A stretch of 64,000 nucleotides of DNA from an uncultured Gammaproteobacteria bacterium (GTDB taxonomy: Bacteria > Patescibacteriota > Patescibacteriia > UBA9570 > XYC2-FULL-38-9), in assembly GCA_964344485.1 (NCBI GenBank), contig CAYFNF010000001.1, forward strand, positions 186,115 through 250,114, read 5' to 3'. Made by a program: the position numbers and the translations under genes. The notes under the pieces are model-generated. The model was not told the origin of the DNA, did no database searches, and saw only the letters and a list, made by a program, of their open reading frames with translations. This document shows, piece after piece, positions 39,217-49,026 of the stretch; the first letter of the stretch is position 1; each line of letters begins with the position of its first letter.

Positions 39217-40290
39217 ATGAGTGTACCAGTTGCAGTGTTCGTCATATTTGTCATTGCGGTCGCACTGACGTTTTTTATTCGCCGCATTGCAATTCGCTAC
39301 AATATCGTGGACCATCCGTCTGAGGATCGAAAGATTCATACTGCACCGACACCTCTATTGGGAGGAGCTGCAGTGATCCTGGCGTTTATTGCCGGGGTAG
39401 TATTAGTGTGGCCAGAACTGATGGGTGGATATATGTTACCTAAGCACTTGTACGGCGTATTTATTGGGGCAATTATTTTGCTGATTGGTGGCGTGCTAGA
39501 CGATAAGTATAATATTTCACCTAAAAAGCAGTTCATCTTTCCAGTTCTTGCTGCATTGAGCGTAGTGTTCTGCGGTATTGGTATTGAATACATTACTAAC
39601 CCTCTTGGCGGTGTGATTCAGCTGGATAGCGTACAGTGGCGCCTATTCGAGTTACAGGGATTGCCGTATCATATCACGTTGTTTGCAGACCTTTTTGCTA
39701 TTGTATGGTTGCTTGGCATGATGTATACCACCAAATTTCTGGATGGATTAGATGGATTGGTGTCTGGCATTACAGTTATTGGTATGTTCATTCTTTTTTG
39801 GCTGAGTTTATCAAGTAATGTCTACCAACCAGAGACTGCATGGGTTGCTGCAATTGCTGGAGCAGCATTTTTCGGGTTTCTCCTGTTTAATTGGAACCCA
39901 GCAAAGATGTTTCTCGGAGAGTCTGGGTCGTTATTTGCTGGCTTCATTCTCGGGAGCATCTCTATCATCTCCGGCGGGAAGATCGCTACTGCACTGCTGA
40001 TTATGGGCATTCCAATCCTTGATGTGCTCTGGGTAATAGTGCGTCGGACCTTTTTAGAAAAGCGCTCTCCGTTTCTTGCTGACAGAAAGCATCTACATTT
40101 ACGGTTATTAGATATTGGGCTTTCTCAACGTCAGGCCGTGCTGCTTCTGTACGCACTTACCACTGTCTTCGGAGTAAGCTCACTGTTCCTGCAAACATCA
40201 ACCAAGATTATTGCGCTAGGGTTACTAGTGCTGACTATGCTTATTATCGGAGGTGTTGTAGTATATCAGTATAAAAAGAAGAGGGGGTAA
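39217..40290 (+). CDS. MraY/WecA-family polyprenyl-phosphate N-acetylhexosamine-1-phosphate transferase (glycosyltransferase family 4)
   Basis: Ten TM segments. Motifs DDKYN, FLDGLDGLVSGI and FLGESGSLFAGF. Confidence 0.65.
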   Translation: MSVPVAVFVIFVIAVALTFFIRRIAIRYNIVDHPSEDRKIHTAPTPLLGGAAVILAFIAGVVLVWPELMGGYMLPKHLYGVFIGAIILLIGGVLDDKYNISPKKQFIFPVLAALSVVFCGIGIEYITNPLGGVIQLDSVQWRLFELQGLPYHITLFADLFAIVWLLGMMYTTKFLDGLDGLVSGITVIGMFILFWLSLSSNVYQPETAWVAAIAGAAFFGFLLFNWNPAKMFLGESGSLFAGFILGSISIISGGKIATALLIMGIPILDVLWVIVRRTFLEKRSPFLADRKHLHLRLLDIGLSQRQAVLLLYALTTVFGVSSLFLQTSTKIIALGLLVLTMLIIGGVVVYQYKKKRG

Positions 40291-40292
40291 AT

Positions 40293-40751
40293 ATGAAAAA
40301 ACTGATACTATTACTGATTGCCGCGGTCATTCTTTGCTCCGGATATTTGATGTACTGGTATTCACAGCGCTTAGATGAACAGACTACTGCCGTGGTTCGC
40401 ATTAATGAGACCGAATTTACCGTAGAGGTTGCAGACAGCAGCGCGGAGTTAGAGCAGGGGCTCTCTGGGCGTGAATATTTGGAAGACGGCCACGGCATGC
40501 TGTTTGTATTTTTGATAAAAAGTTACCCACCGATCTGGATGAAAGATATGAAGATACCTATAGATGTGATATGGATTGACGACTACCGTATTGTAGGATT
40601 TGAAGAGAACCTTCAACCACAACCAGAGAAGCCAGTGGAGGAGCTGCGTATCTATCGGTCCGAACATGCGGTGAATCGTGTATTAGAACTTCCAGCTGGT
40701 TCAGTGCAGAAATATAATATACAGGTGGGGCAGACCATCGAAGTAGAGTAG
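40293..40751 (+). CDS. DUF192-like secreted/membrane-anchored protein
   Basis: N-terminal TM segment. DGHGMLFVF block typical of DUF192 (COG1430). Confidence 0.5.
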   Translation: MKKLILLLIAAVILCSGYLMYWYSQRLDEQTTAVVRINETEFTVEVADSSAELEQGLSGREYLEDGHGMLFVFLIKSYPPIWMKDMKIPIDVIWIDDYRIVGFEENLQPQPEKPVEELRIYRSEHAVNRVLELPAGSVQKYNIQVGQTIEVE

Positions 40752-40891
40752 TACCATTTTTCCCACATTTTTGGTATAATAAGAAGTGAGCTTCCTTTTT
40801 TTATTGATGAAATGCAGGATTACTGCATTTATCGGTTGTAATATATCGCCCGAACTATCGTATATAGTTAATCTTAGACTATTTACACCAC

Positions 40892-41434
40892 ATGCTAGAT
40901 CATAATGAATTAGCTGAACGAGCACGAACTGACGAGCAAGCATTTGCTGAGTTGTATGAACTCTATATTGATATGATCTATGGTTTTGTGATGAAGCGCG
41001 TGGGGCATACAGAGACTACCGAAGATATTGTGTCTGACATCTTCCGAAAAGTATTCCTTCATTTAGATGGTTTCGATTCCTCAAAAGCCTCGTTTAAGAC
41101 GTGGGTTTTTCAAATTGCAAATAATACGTTGATTGATTTCTATCGCGTTCATCGTAATGTAAACAAACCTGACAACGTAGATATAGATGAAGTAGTGCAA
41201 CTCTGTAGCCAGGAGCAGACACCTGATGAGCTCGTTCTCTCTCATGAGCAGCAAGAGTACATCCGTCAGTGTTTGATGCAGTTACAGCCCAAGCAGCAAA
41301 CTATCGTGCAGATGAAGTACTTTGATGGGTACTCCAATAAAGAGATAGCAGAGTGTATGAAGATGTCAGCGAATGCTGTGGGAGTACAGCTGCATCGATC
41401 TCTAAAGAAGATGAAAACAATAATCGAACAATAA
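40892..41434 (+). CDS. RNA polymerase sigma-70 family (ECF-type) sigma factor
   Basis: Region 2 (DIVSDIFRKVFLHLDGF, WVFQIANNTLIDFYR) and region 4 HTH (NKEIAECMKMSANAVGVQLHRSL). Confidence 0.75.
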   Translation: MLDHNELAERARTDEQAFAELYELYIDMIYGFVMKRVGHTETTEDIVSDIFRKVFLHLDGFDSSKASFKTWVFQIANNTLIDFYRVHRNVNKPDNVDIDEVVQLCSQEQTPDELVLSHEQQEYIRQCLMQLQPKQQTIVQMKYFDGYSNKEIAECMKMSANAVGVQLHRSLKKMKTIIEQ

Positions 41435-41438
41435 ATAT

Positions 41439-44400
41439 ATGCCTGTATCCAAAAGAAAACAACGTAATGCTACTGATGGATCTTCGTATACAGGAGTAGA
41501 GAAGCTGATTTCTGCTTCTCAGCACCAATCAAGCGGTGCACCAACGCAGTATAAGAAAGCGTTGCTTTCTGAATTGCGAACAGAACAATTTAATAACACG
41601 CATATGGCAAAAAATAAGAAAACCGCGGCTTCGAAAAAAGCTGCAGTGAGTGCACAGGATTCTAACACGGATTCTGACCGCGCTCGTAAGAAGCAGTTGT
41701 TTAGCTTCCCAATTTTTATTCCCGCAGTTGTCGGTGTACTCGTGCTTGGCATTATCATTACTTCTTTCGTCGTATTTCGTTCAGATGACCCACAGCCTGG
41801 CGGCGAGGTTACAGGCCCACTGGTGATACATCAGAATGTCAGTGATGAAGATATTGAAAATGCGTTTTCTCTGTCCGCGTTACAGGAAGACGCATCAGGC
41901 GTTAATCCTAAAACATCATTTCAGTTGATCTCCACTGTGCAGACCTCAGTGGATCAGATCAAGGATTCATTATCGTTCTCTCCATCTGTTGCATACGCTG
42001 TCGAAGCAACAGATAGCAACACGTATCGTGTTACTCCAGAGGCTCCACTCGAAGCCGGAAGTATGGTTGCTGCGACCATGAACGTTCAGTATCAGGGCGA
42101 GGGCAACACCATGATGCAGCGCAATTTCTCTTGGTCATATCAAGTGCAAGAAACCTTTCAAGTGCTATCAACGCTGCCACGTAATGCAGTAACCAGCGTT
42201 CCAGTGGATACGAGTATCGAGATTGAGTTTAGTCATACTGATGTGCAGGATATTGAGGAGAATTTCACTATCACTCCAGAAGTCTCTGGTCGATTCGAGA
42301 TGCATCGAAAGAGCGCTGTGTTCATTCCTGACGCTCCGCTGAAGAAAGGTACTGTATATACCGTGACACTGAAGAAAGAAACGCATCTCTCGTCTCCAGA
42401 AACTCCGCTGCAAGAAGACTTGGTATTTATGTTTGAGACCTCATCAAAGGATACAGATACTTCATACACCCCAGGGATTACGCAAATCCAACAGGTATCG
42501 AATGAAACTTCTACTCTAGAGAAGCCAGTATTTATCGTGTCTGGGTGGGATTTGGAAGATATAGAAGAGACTACATTAGCTTTCTATGAATTTTCGGATC
42601 AAGGGCAGTTTGAAGCAGCGTTTGATAATTACATTGCAGTTCCACAATGGGCATCCTACTCTCAGTCACACTGGAGCTATTCAACAGAAGGGCTGCAGTT
42701 ACACTCTTCTACGTCAGTTCCGCTGCAGGATATCGGTAATTACTGGCAGTTTGCAATTGAAGCACCGCAGCCGTTAGAGCAGGGTTGGTATTTAGTAGAA
42801 GTACTTGGCCGCAATGATGAGAATTACTACGCATTACTGCAGGTCGAGGATATTACGGCGTATGTGACTACTTCTGAAAAAGACATGGTCGTGTGGGCGC
42901 ATGATGCAACTACGCAAGATCCACTCGTGGGTGCAGAAGTCAAGTTGTCAGACGGTACATCTGTAGGTACTACTGACGCAAGCGGTTTATTGCAGGTCGA
43001 TACACCGGATGCACTGACGTTAGACGATAACACTTCCACACATGCAGTGACTATCGTCTATGGCGCGAGTACGTTATTTGTTCCGTTGTCAGGAAACGCT
43101 CAGGGATATAGTCGATACAAGCAGTATGGTAATTCAGCAACATCTGATCCATATTGGTCTTATATCTATTTAGATCAACCGTTCTATCTCCCTGATGCGA
43201 CCATGAATATCTGGGGGCTGCTTTCTTCCCGTGATGCCAGCGCGGTCTCTTCTGCAAGTATAGAGATACGAGATGGATATGATTTCGATGATCCAGAAAG
43301 CATCGTGTATAAAAAGACCCTGTCACCGGGTACGTACGGTACATTCGAGCATACAGTTGATCTCCCTAATCTACTTCCAGATTACTATACATTGACACTA
43401 ACCGTAGACGGTGAAGTGATTACCTATAAATCATTTGATATCCTTACTTACCAGAAGCCAGCATATACGTTGGATGTTGACCCAGCAAATATCGGAGTGA
43501 TCAGTGGCGAGGATGTAACTCATACAGTGACCGCATCGTTCTTTGATGGGACCCCAGTGACTTCTGTTGATATTGAACTTGATGGACAGAATCTCACTAC
43601 AAATGACCAGGGTGTGGTGGAGTATACGCACGCGTATAGTGGAGAAGGTTCTTACTATGATGAACGCATAGATACACAATGGCTCCATGCACGACCAGCG
43701 TTATCTGAAGAAGGGAACATATCCGCTGAAGCTCGAGTTCGCGTTTTCCCATCATCACAATTGATAGATGTTGATTCTACTGTTAAGGAGAGCACTGCAA
43801 CTGTGAATGGAACCCTCTACGAATTGGACTTAGCAGGATTTAATGATGGGACGTTTGACTTCTTTGAAGATCCGTACGGTTCGACTGTTGCAAACCATGA
43901 GCTCTCTGCTACCGTGACGCGCCGATGGTACAAGAAGAACCAGACTGGAACTCGGTATGATGCTATCGATAAAAAAGTCGTTCCAGTATATGAATATGAG
44001 TATAAGAATAAAGAGATTCTATCAACTACCGTGACTTCTGACTCGAACGGTACGTTTAACTTTGACTTTGATATGCTTGATGGGTCGTCATACGATGTTG
44101 CTGTGCGCTCAACCGATAGTCAAGGACGTACTATACGAGAGAACGCGTATGCGTCTGTTGGGTACGGCGCAACCTGGAGTGACGGCGATCTCTTTTCTAT
44201 CGGATATACTAGTGAAGGAGGCGAAGGTGAGGCGTACATGTCAGTGAAGAGGGATTTCTCACTCGGAGAGACGGTTTCTGTTGGCATGTATCGTAACGAT
44301 GATCTATTAGCTACTGAAGAGTATCCAGCATTCCTCTTTGTTCAAGCACAGAACGGCATCATGGATGTTGACACCTCCCAGGAAGCAACGTATGAATTCC

Positions 44401-46685
44401 CGTTTGCAGAAGAGCACATACCTAATGTGGTGCTGCAAGGAGTATGGTATGATGGTCGATCGTATTGGTCCACAGACACTGATACAGGTATGTGGAGTCG
44501 TGGAACTGTTGCATCATATCAAGAAGAAGATCGTGAAATGCAGATTGAAGTAGTGCAGGATAAAGACTCTTATGAGCCAGGCGATGATGTAACGCTGAAC
44601 ATCACTGCAACTCGTCCAGACGGTTCAGCTTCCGAAACTGTGCTAAATGTAAATTTAGTAGATGAAGCGCTGTACGCCATCTTGCCAGAACGCAGCTACA
44701 GTTTTACCAGTGACTATACAAAAGGATTCAATGTCAGTTTATACCGGGATGTTGCTTCTGGTATTCTGACCTCATATGCATCACATCGCTATCCTAGTAA
44801 AGAGACGTACGCTGAAGGTGGCGGTGGACAGGGATCTCGATCGAACTTCCCTGACAAAGCGCTGTTCAAGACTGTTACTACGAACGAACACGGAAAAGCG
44901 CAGATTCAGTTTACACTTCCAGACAACATCACTTCATGGCGCATTAACACACACGCTGTAGATAGTGGATTATACGCAGCAAGCTCTATCGAGAAGCTGA
45001 CTGTGACGCAACCGTTCTTTGTTGCTGCTGTATTGAATAAGACCTATCTCGCTGACGATCTGCCAGTAGTAAAAGTTCGCGCGTTCGGAACTGCTCTGAC
45101 GCAAGCAGATGCAGTGGCACTGACTTGGGAGTCTGATACGCTAGGGGTTGAAGAGACACCACTATCGACATCAGGATCTACTCCTGTAGAGCTCACTCTC
45201 CCAGCGCTTTCGGCAGGCAAGCACTCCATTACTGTTGCCGGAGAAGCAGTCGGGTATAGCGATGCTATTACTCGATCGTTTACGGTCCTACCATCATATA
45301 CGGCGATTCCGTTCTCAGAGATGCACGATGCGGTTGCTGATTGGAAACCAGTTGTGGATACGGATCGCAACTTCTCTGTCACATTTGCTGATAAAAATAA
45401 AGGACAGTTCTATTCATACTTACGGCAACGTGCATATTCATTTGGTGATCGCTTAGATCAGCAAGTCGGGCGCGCTATTGCAACAACACTGTTGAATGAG
45501 CACTTTGATGCAGGAATGATAGAAGACACTATCACCACATCTGAATATCAAGCGTTAGAGCTGCATGGATTAACGCTCTATCCATACACTGATGAAGACC
45601 TTGTGCTCAGCGCTCATGTCGCAGCAAGTCGAATGGCAGATCAGTTTGACACTGCGCGCCTTGCTAGCTATTTCGAGGGCATTCTGAATAATTCCTCTGA
45701 GACCACATTACGTCATGCGATTAGTTTGTATGGATTAGCAGGCCTACAGCAACCAGTATTAGTGGAAATTCGCGAGGTTTTGAACTCAACTGAGATTACC
45801 GATATCGATCGTTTATACCTAACCTTAGCGCTTGCTGAGCTAGGTAGTTATGATGAGGCCGAGATCTTGTATGAAGCGTTCAAGACCAAGTATGCAAAAG
45901 AGCACGATCAATACATGTATGTAGAGCTTGGAGACAATAAGGACTACCAGTTAGAGAATACACTAGTGATGGCGAATATCGCTGCACATATTCAAGATGA
46001 TAGTGCTGATGCGTTCTTTAACTATGTACGAGACAATTGGACCAAAGAGATTGTACTCATGGTTCCTGAGATGAACTTTATGGAAGCGCGGTTAGATGTG
46101 TTGCCACAGTCTTCAACCACGGTGACGTATGCACTCTCAGGAGAAGAACATACAGCGGAGTTGAAGGAAGGAAAGACGCACACTGTTGCCTTGACCTCTT
46201 TGTCAAAGGATTCATTCAAGGTAGTCCGAGTGGATGGCGCTGCTTCTGCAATTGTTGAGTACACGCGTAAACCGACCGCAGATGAATTACAGTCAGATGA
46301 TCGAATCGCAGTATTACGATCGTATGAAAAGACCACAGTGCAAGACGGAGACTTAGTGCGCATTACTATTACTCCTTCGATTACGTCGAGTGCTCCAGAC
46401 GGTCTCTATCAAGTAACGGATTTCGTACCTTCTGGTCTGCGCATCGTCACTAATCCATACGAGTATACACAGTGGAACTATGAAAATGATTTCCGTTCAC
46501 CGTATCGAGTGGATGGACAGCGCGCATCCTTTATTGTCAGCAAATGGGACAACAATCCGACGTTTACCTACTACGCTCGAGTACTCAGCAAGGGAACGTA
46601 TGCGGCTGAGCAACCAGTTATGCAATCCATGAACTCGCCAAGTGTACGAACGATCGGGAATCAAGAGACTATCACGATAGAGTAA
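41439..46685 (+). CDS. Membrane-anchored alpha-2-macroglobulin-family giant protein (1748 aa; no CxEQ thioester motif seen)
   Basis: Cytoplasmic basic N-terminus, then a single TM (IFIPAVVGVLVLGIIITSFVVF). Bait-region-like NVNLVDEALYAIL. A2M-domain signature LPDNITSWRINTHAVDSGLYAASSIEKLTVTQPFFV. Starts 4 nt after the sigma factor stop. Confidence 0.6.
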   Translation: MPVSKRKQRNATDGSSYTGVEKLISASQHQSSGAPTQYKKALLSELRTEQFNNTHMAKNKKTAASKKAAVSAQDSNTDSDRARKKQLFSFPIFIPAVVGVLVLGIIITSFVVFRSDDPQPGGEVTGPLVIHQNVSDEDIENAFSLSALQEDASGVNPKTSFQLISTVQTSVDQIKDSLSFSPSVAYAVEATDSNTYRVTPEAPLEAGSMVAATMNVQYQGEGNTMMQRNFSWSYQVQETFQVLSTLPRNAVTSVPVDTSIEIEFSHTDVQDIEENFTITPEVSGRFEMHRKSAVFIPDAPLKKGTVYTVTLKKETHLSSPETPLQEDLVFMFETSSKDTDTSYTPGITQIQQVSNETSTLEKPVFIVSGWDLEDIEETTLAFYEFSDQGQFEAAFDNYIAVPQWASYSQSHWSYSTEGLQLHSSTSVPLQDIGNYWQFAIEAPQPLEQGWYLVEVLGRNDENYYALLQVEDITAYVTTSEKDMVVWAHDATTQDPLVGAEVKLSDGTSVGTTDASGLLQVDTPDALTLDDNTSTHAVTIVYGASTLFVPLSGNAQGYSRYKQYGNSATSDPYWSYIYLDQPFYLPDATMNIWGLLSSRDASAVSSASIEIRDGYDFDDPESIVYKKTLSPGTYGTFEHTVDLPNLLPDYYTLTLTVDGEVITYKSFDILTYQKPAYTLDVDPANIGVISGEDVTHTVTASFFDGTPVTSVDIELDGQNLTTNDQGVVEYTHAYSGEGSYYDERIDTQWLHARPALSEEGNISAEARVRVFPSSQLIDVDSTVKESTATVNGTLYELDLAGFNDGTFDFFEDPYGSTVANHELSATVTRRWYKKNQTGTRYDAIDKKVVPVYEYEYKNKEILSTTVTSDSNGTFNFDFDMLDGSSYDVAVRSTDSQGRTIRENAYASVGYGATWSDGDLFSIGYTSEGGEGEAYMSVKRDFSLGETVSVGMYRNDDLLATEEYPAFLFVQAQNGIMDVDTSQEATYEFPFAEEHIPNVVLQGVWYDGRSYWSTDTDTGMWSRGTVASYQEEDREMQIEVVQDKDSYEPGDDVTLNITATRPDGSASETVLNVNLVDEALYAILPERSYSFTSDYTKGFNVSLYRDVASGILTSYASHRYPSKETYAEGGGGQGSRSNFPDKALFKTVTTNEHGKAQIQFTLPDNITSWRINTHAVDSGLYAASSIEKLTVTQPFFVAAVLNKTYLADDLPVVKVRAFGTALTQADAVALTWESDTLGVEETPLSTSGSTPVELTLPALSAGKHSITVAGEAVGYSDAITRSFTVLPSYTAIPFSEMHDAVADWKPVVDTDRNFSVTFADKNKGQFYSYLRQRAYSFGDRLDQQVGRAIATTLLNEHFDAGMIEDTITTSEYQALELHGLTLYPYTDEDLVLSAHVAASRMADQFDTARLASYFEGILNNSSETTLRHAISLYGLAGLQQPVLVEIREVLNSTEITDIDRLYLTLALAELGSYDEAEILYEAFKTKYAKEHDQYMYVELGDNKDYQLENTLVMANIAAHIQDDSADAFFNYVRDNWTKEIVLMVPEMNFMEARLDVLPQSSTTVTYALSGEEHTAELKEGKTHTVALTSLSKDSFKVVRVDGAASAIVEYTRKPTADELQSDDRIAVLRSYEKTTVQDGDLVRITITPSITSSAPDGLYQVTDFVPSGLRIVTNPYEYTQWNYENDFRSPYRVDGQRASFIVSKWDNNPTFTYYARVLSKGTYAAEQPVMQSMNSPSVRTIGNQETITIE

Positions 46686-46690
46686 CAGTA

Positions 46691-46714
46691 AGCCCGGAGT
46701 AATCCGGGCTTTTC
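46691..46714 (+). terminator. Rho-independent terminator
   Basis: Hairpin agcccgga-gtaa-tccgggct followed by tttt. Confidence 0.6.
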
Positions 46715-46719
46715 ACTAT

Positions 46720-47508
46720 ATGAAACTACTGAAACAAATTGTATTCATTATCTGTGTAGTCATTCTCGGTATTATTATTGGTCTTGTCGTACGCCCGGAA
46801 CAAGGTGAAGATAGCACACCAGCAGAACTCTATGGAGGAGTAGTGCCTCATCATGATTTGATCCCTAAAGAGATAGGGCGCTTCTGGGAAGAGCTTGCTG
46901 TGCGCGTCCAGCCCGAAGCAGTAGTCTTGGTTGGGCCGGATCATTATGACGCTGGGAGATCATCAGTTTCGATTGCGAATCATCAATCAGCACTCACAGA
47001 GCAAGTGACATTGTACGAACCTCTTATAGAACAACTGCAAGAGCATGCAGCAGTGACTAGTGATAACCAAACGATTCGTGAGGATCACTCCATTCAGATT
47101 CACCTGACGTTTATTCAGAAGTATCTTCCGGATACAGAAATTGTTCCGTTGATTTTTCGCGCGGATGCAGAGCAGAGTGACGTGATCGATATTGCAGAGA
47201 TCATTCGTACAGCACAGGGCAGCCCGGTTGCGGTAGTGGCATCTGTGGACTTCTCTCACTACCTGACGCATGAACAAGCAACAGAGCGTGACATAGAGAC
47301 CAGTGCTGCAATTCAGGAATTTGATTATCAGAAGCTTCAGACATTCGGGCCTGACAACATTGATTCAGATCAATCGGTTGTGTTAGTGAGCGAAGCGGTC
47401 TGCCCGACTCATGATTGCTCTTGGGAGACTCTCTTCTACGGTAACTCTTCGGAATACTCAGGCAATCCAGCAATTACCACTTCGTACTACTCTCTATTTG
47501 TGCATTGA
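46720..47508 (+). CDS. MEMO1/AmmeMemoRadiSam-system-protein-B-like (class III extradiol dioxygenase-like fold)
   Basis: N-terminal TM segment. GGVVPHHDLI and LVGPDHYDAG motifs. Confidence 0.5.
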   Translation: MKLLKQIVFIICVVILGIIIGLVVRPEQGEDSTPAELYGGVVPHHDLIPKEIGRFWEELAVRVQPEAVVLVGPDHYDAGRSSVSIANHQSALTEQVTLYEPLIEQLQEHAAVTSDNQTIREDHSIQIHLTFIQKYLPDTEIVPLIFRADAEQSDVIDIAEIIRTAQGSPVAVVASVDFSHYLTHEQATERDIETSAAIQEFDYQKLQTFGPDNIDSDQSVVLVSEAVCPTHDCSWETLFYGNSSEYSGNPAITTSYYSLFVH

Positions 47509-47572
47509 ATTGTCGCAGCGTATATGATTTAGAATGTAGCAGATCTTGTGGTGGCAGCAGGTAGCTATGTTC

Positions 47573-47601
47573 TTGACAGATATAGTGGAAAAACGTATAC
47601 T
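47573..47601 (+). promoter_or_regulatory. Sigma70-type promoter upstream of rplU
   Basis: TTGACA, 17 nt spacer, TATACT. Confidence 0.55.
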
Positions 47602-47639
47602 GTGGTTCGTGCTGATAAAATAATAATAATAACTATACT

Positions 47640-47960
47640 ATGATTGCAGTGATTAAAACCGGGGGAAAACAGTATCTTGTTGAGAAAGGTGACAAGCTTC
47701 GAGTAGAGAAATTACCCAAAGTCGAAGAAGGCAAGAGCGTGACATTTAAAGAAGTATTGTTAGTTGGCGAAAAAGGTGGTGCAAAGACCCAAGTAGGATC
47801 CCCAACAGTAAAAGGAGCTTCTGTAGAAGCGAAGGTATTAAAAGTTGGCCGAGCAAAGAAGGTACAGGTACGTAAATTCAAAGCAAAGAGCCGGTATACG
47901 CGGAATTACGGTCACCGACAACCATTTGTTGAAGTGCAGATCGAGAAGATTGCAGTATAA
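47640..47960 (+). CDS. rplU: 50S ribosomal protein L21
   Basis: MIAVIKTGGKQYLVEKGDKL. No rpmA (L27) follows it. Confidence 0.9.
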   Translation: MIAVIKTGGKQYLVEKGDKLRVEKLPKVEEGKSVTFKEVLLVGEKGGAKTQVGSPTVKGASVEAKVLKVGRAKKVQVRKFKAKSRYTRNYGHRQPFVEVQIEKIAV

Positions 47961-47970
47961 TACTCAAATC

Positions 47971-47999
47971 AAAAAACGCAGCTGGATCTGCGTTTTTTC
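47971..47999. terminator. Bidirectional terminator between rplU and recR
   Basis: Hairpin acgcagc-tggat-ctgcgt flanked by an A-run and a T-run. Confidence 0.6.
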
Positions 48000-48009
48000 T
48001 ATTGGTTCT

Positions 48010-48621
48010 TTATTCGCCGTTTTCCATTTTCTGTCGCGCAGCTAACGCATTCGCTAGAGTGACTTCATCTGCGAATTCAATATCAGCGCCCATGGGAAGT
48101 CCGCGTGCAATACGGGTGATCGTAAGATCTCGGTCTTTGAGTTCCTGAAGGATGTAGTGCGCAGTAGTCTCTCCTTCCATATCTGGATTAGTCGCAAGAA
48201 TGATCTCTTGTACTCCATCAGCATCAATGCGCGCAATTAACTCTTTCACGCGGATTTGATCTGGCCCCACTCCTACTGCGTGATTGATGGTTCCGCCTAA
48301 TACGTGATACAAGCCGTTGAACTCTCCGGTTTTTTCAAACGCCATGACCTCTTTGGGTTCAGCCACAATACAGAGGATGGTGTTGTCGCGGTGTTCATTC
48401 GCGCAGATTGTACATTTCTTGTTCTCGCTATACGTATAGCACTGCTCACAGATCGTGATTGCATCCCGCACTTGTTGCAGCTTATCTACTAGCGCCTCTA
48501 TCTCTGATTTCGGTCGTTGTAGTAAATGAAAGACAAACCGTTCACTGGTTTTTGATCCAATGCCCGGGAGTCGGTTAAACTCCTGGATGAGCTTCTGGAT
48601 TGAGGAGGGGAGCGATTTCAT
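48010..48621 (-). CDS. recR: Recombination protein RecR
   Basis: HhH LPGIGSKTSERF, zinc finger CEQCYTYSENKKCTIC, Toprim domain. Confidence 0.9.
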   Translation of the reverse strand: MKSLPSSIQKLIQEFNRLPGIGSKTSERFVFHLLQRPKSEIEALVDKLQQVRDAITICEQCYTYSENKKCTICANEHRDNTILCIVAEPKEVMAFEKTGEFNGLYHVLGGTINHAVGVGPDQIRVKELIARIDADGVQEIILATNPDMEGETTAHYILQELKDRDLTITRIARGLPMGADIEFADEVTLANALAARQKMENGE

Positions 48622-48637
48622 GAAGCGGTGTGTGACC

Positions 48638-48943
48638 CTACGAAATACTTGAGATATCAGGCATCTCTAGTTCACCAGACTTCATCTTTTGCATCATGAC
48701 TCGTTGTAGTTTTTTCATTGCACTTTCAATGGCATCTTTAATACCAGTCTCGATTTTTGATTTATTCTCTGGTGCGAGAAGGGATTCATCAATGTCAATC
48801 GATAGAATCTTCTGATTTCCATCCATGACTACTCCAATCTTTCCGCCTGCAGCATCTGCATGCACGGTCTCTTTTTCAAGCACGTTTTGCGCTTGTTTGG
48901 ATTGATCTCGTAGATCTTTGTACTGTTTGAGTTTTTGAAACAT
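48638..48943 (-). CDS. ybaB: Nucleoid-associated protein YbaB/EbfC
   Basis: 101 aa with MFQKLKQYKDLRDQSKQAQ...GGKIGVVMDGNQKI. Confidence 0.85.
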   Translation of the reverse strand: MFQKLKQYKDLRDQSKQAQNVLEKETVHADAAGGKIGVVMDGNQKILSIDIDESLLAPENKSKIETGIKDAIESAMKKLQRVMMQKMKSGELEMPDISSIS

Positions 48944-49026
48944 ATTCGTTTTTTATGTATTAACGTTAATAGATTGTAGCGAAAAACAAGCAAAAATACA
49001 AGACGTGCACTCGTCACGCTTAACTC

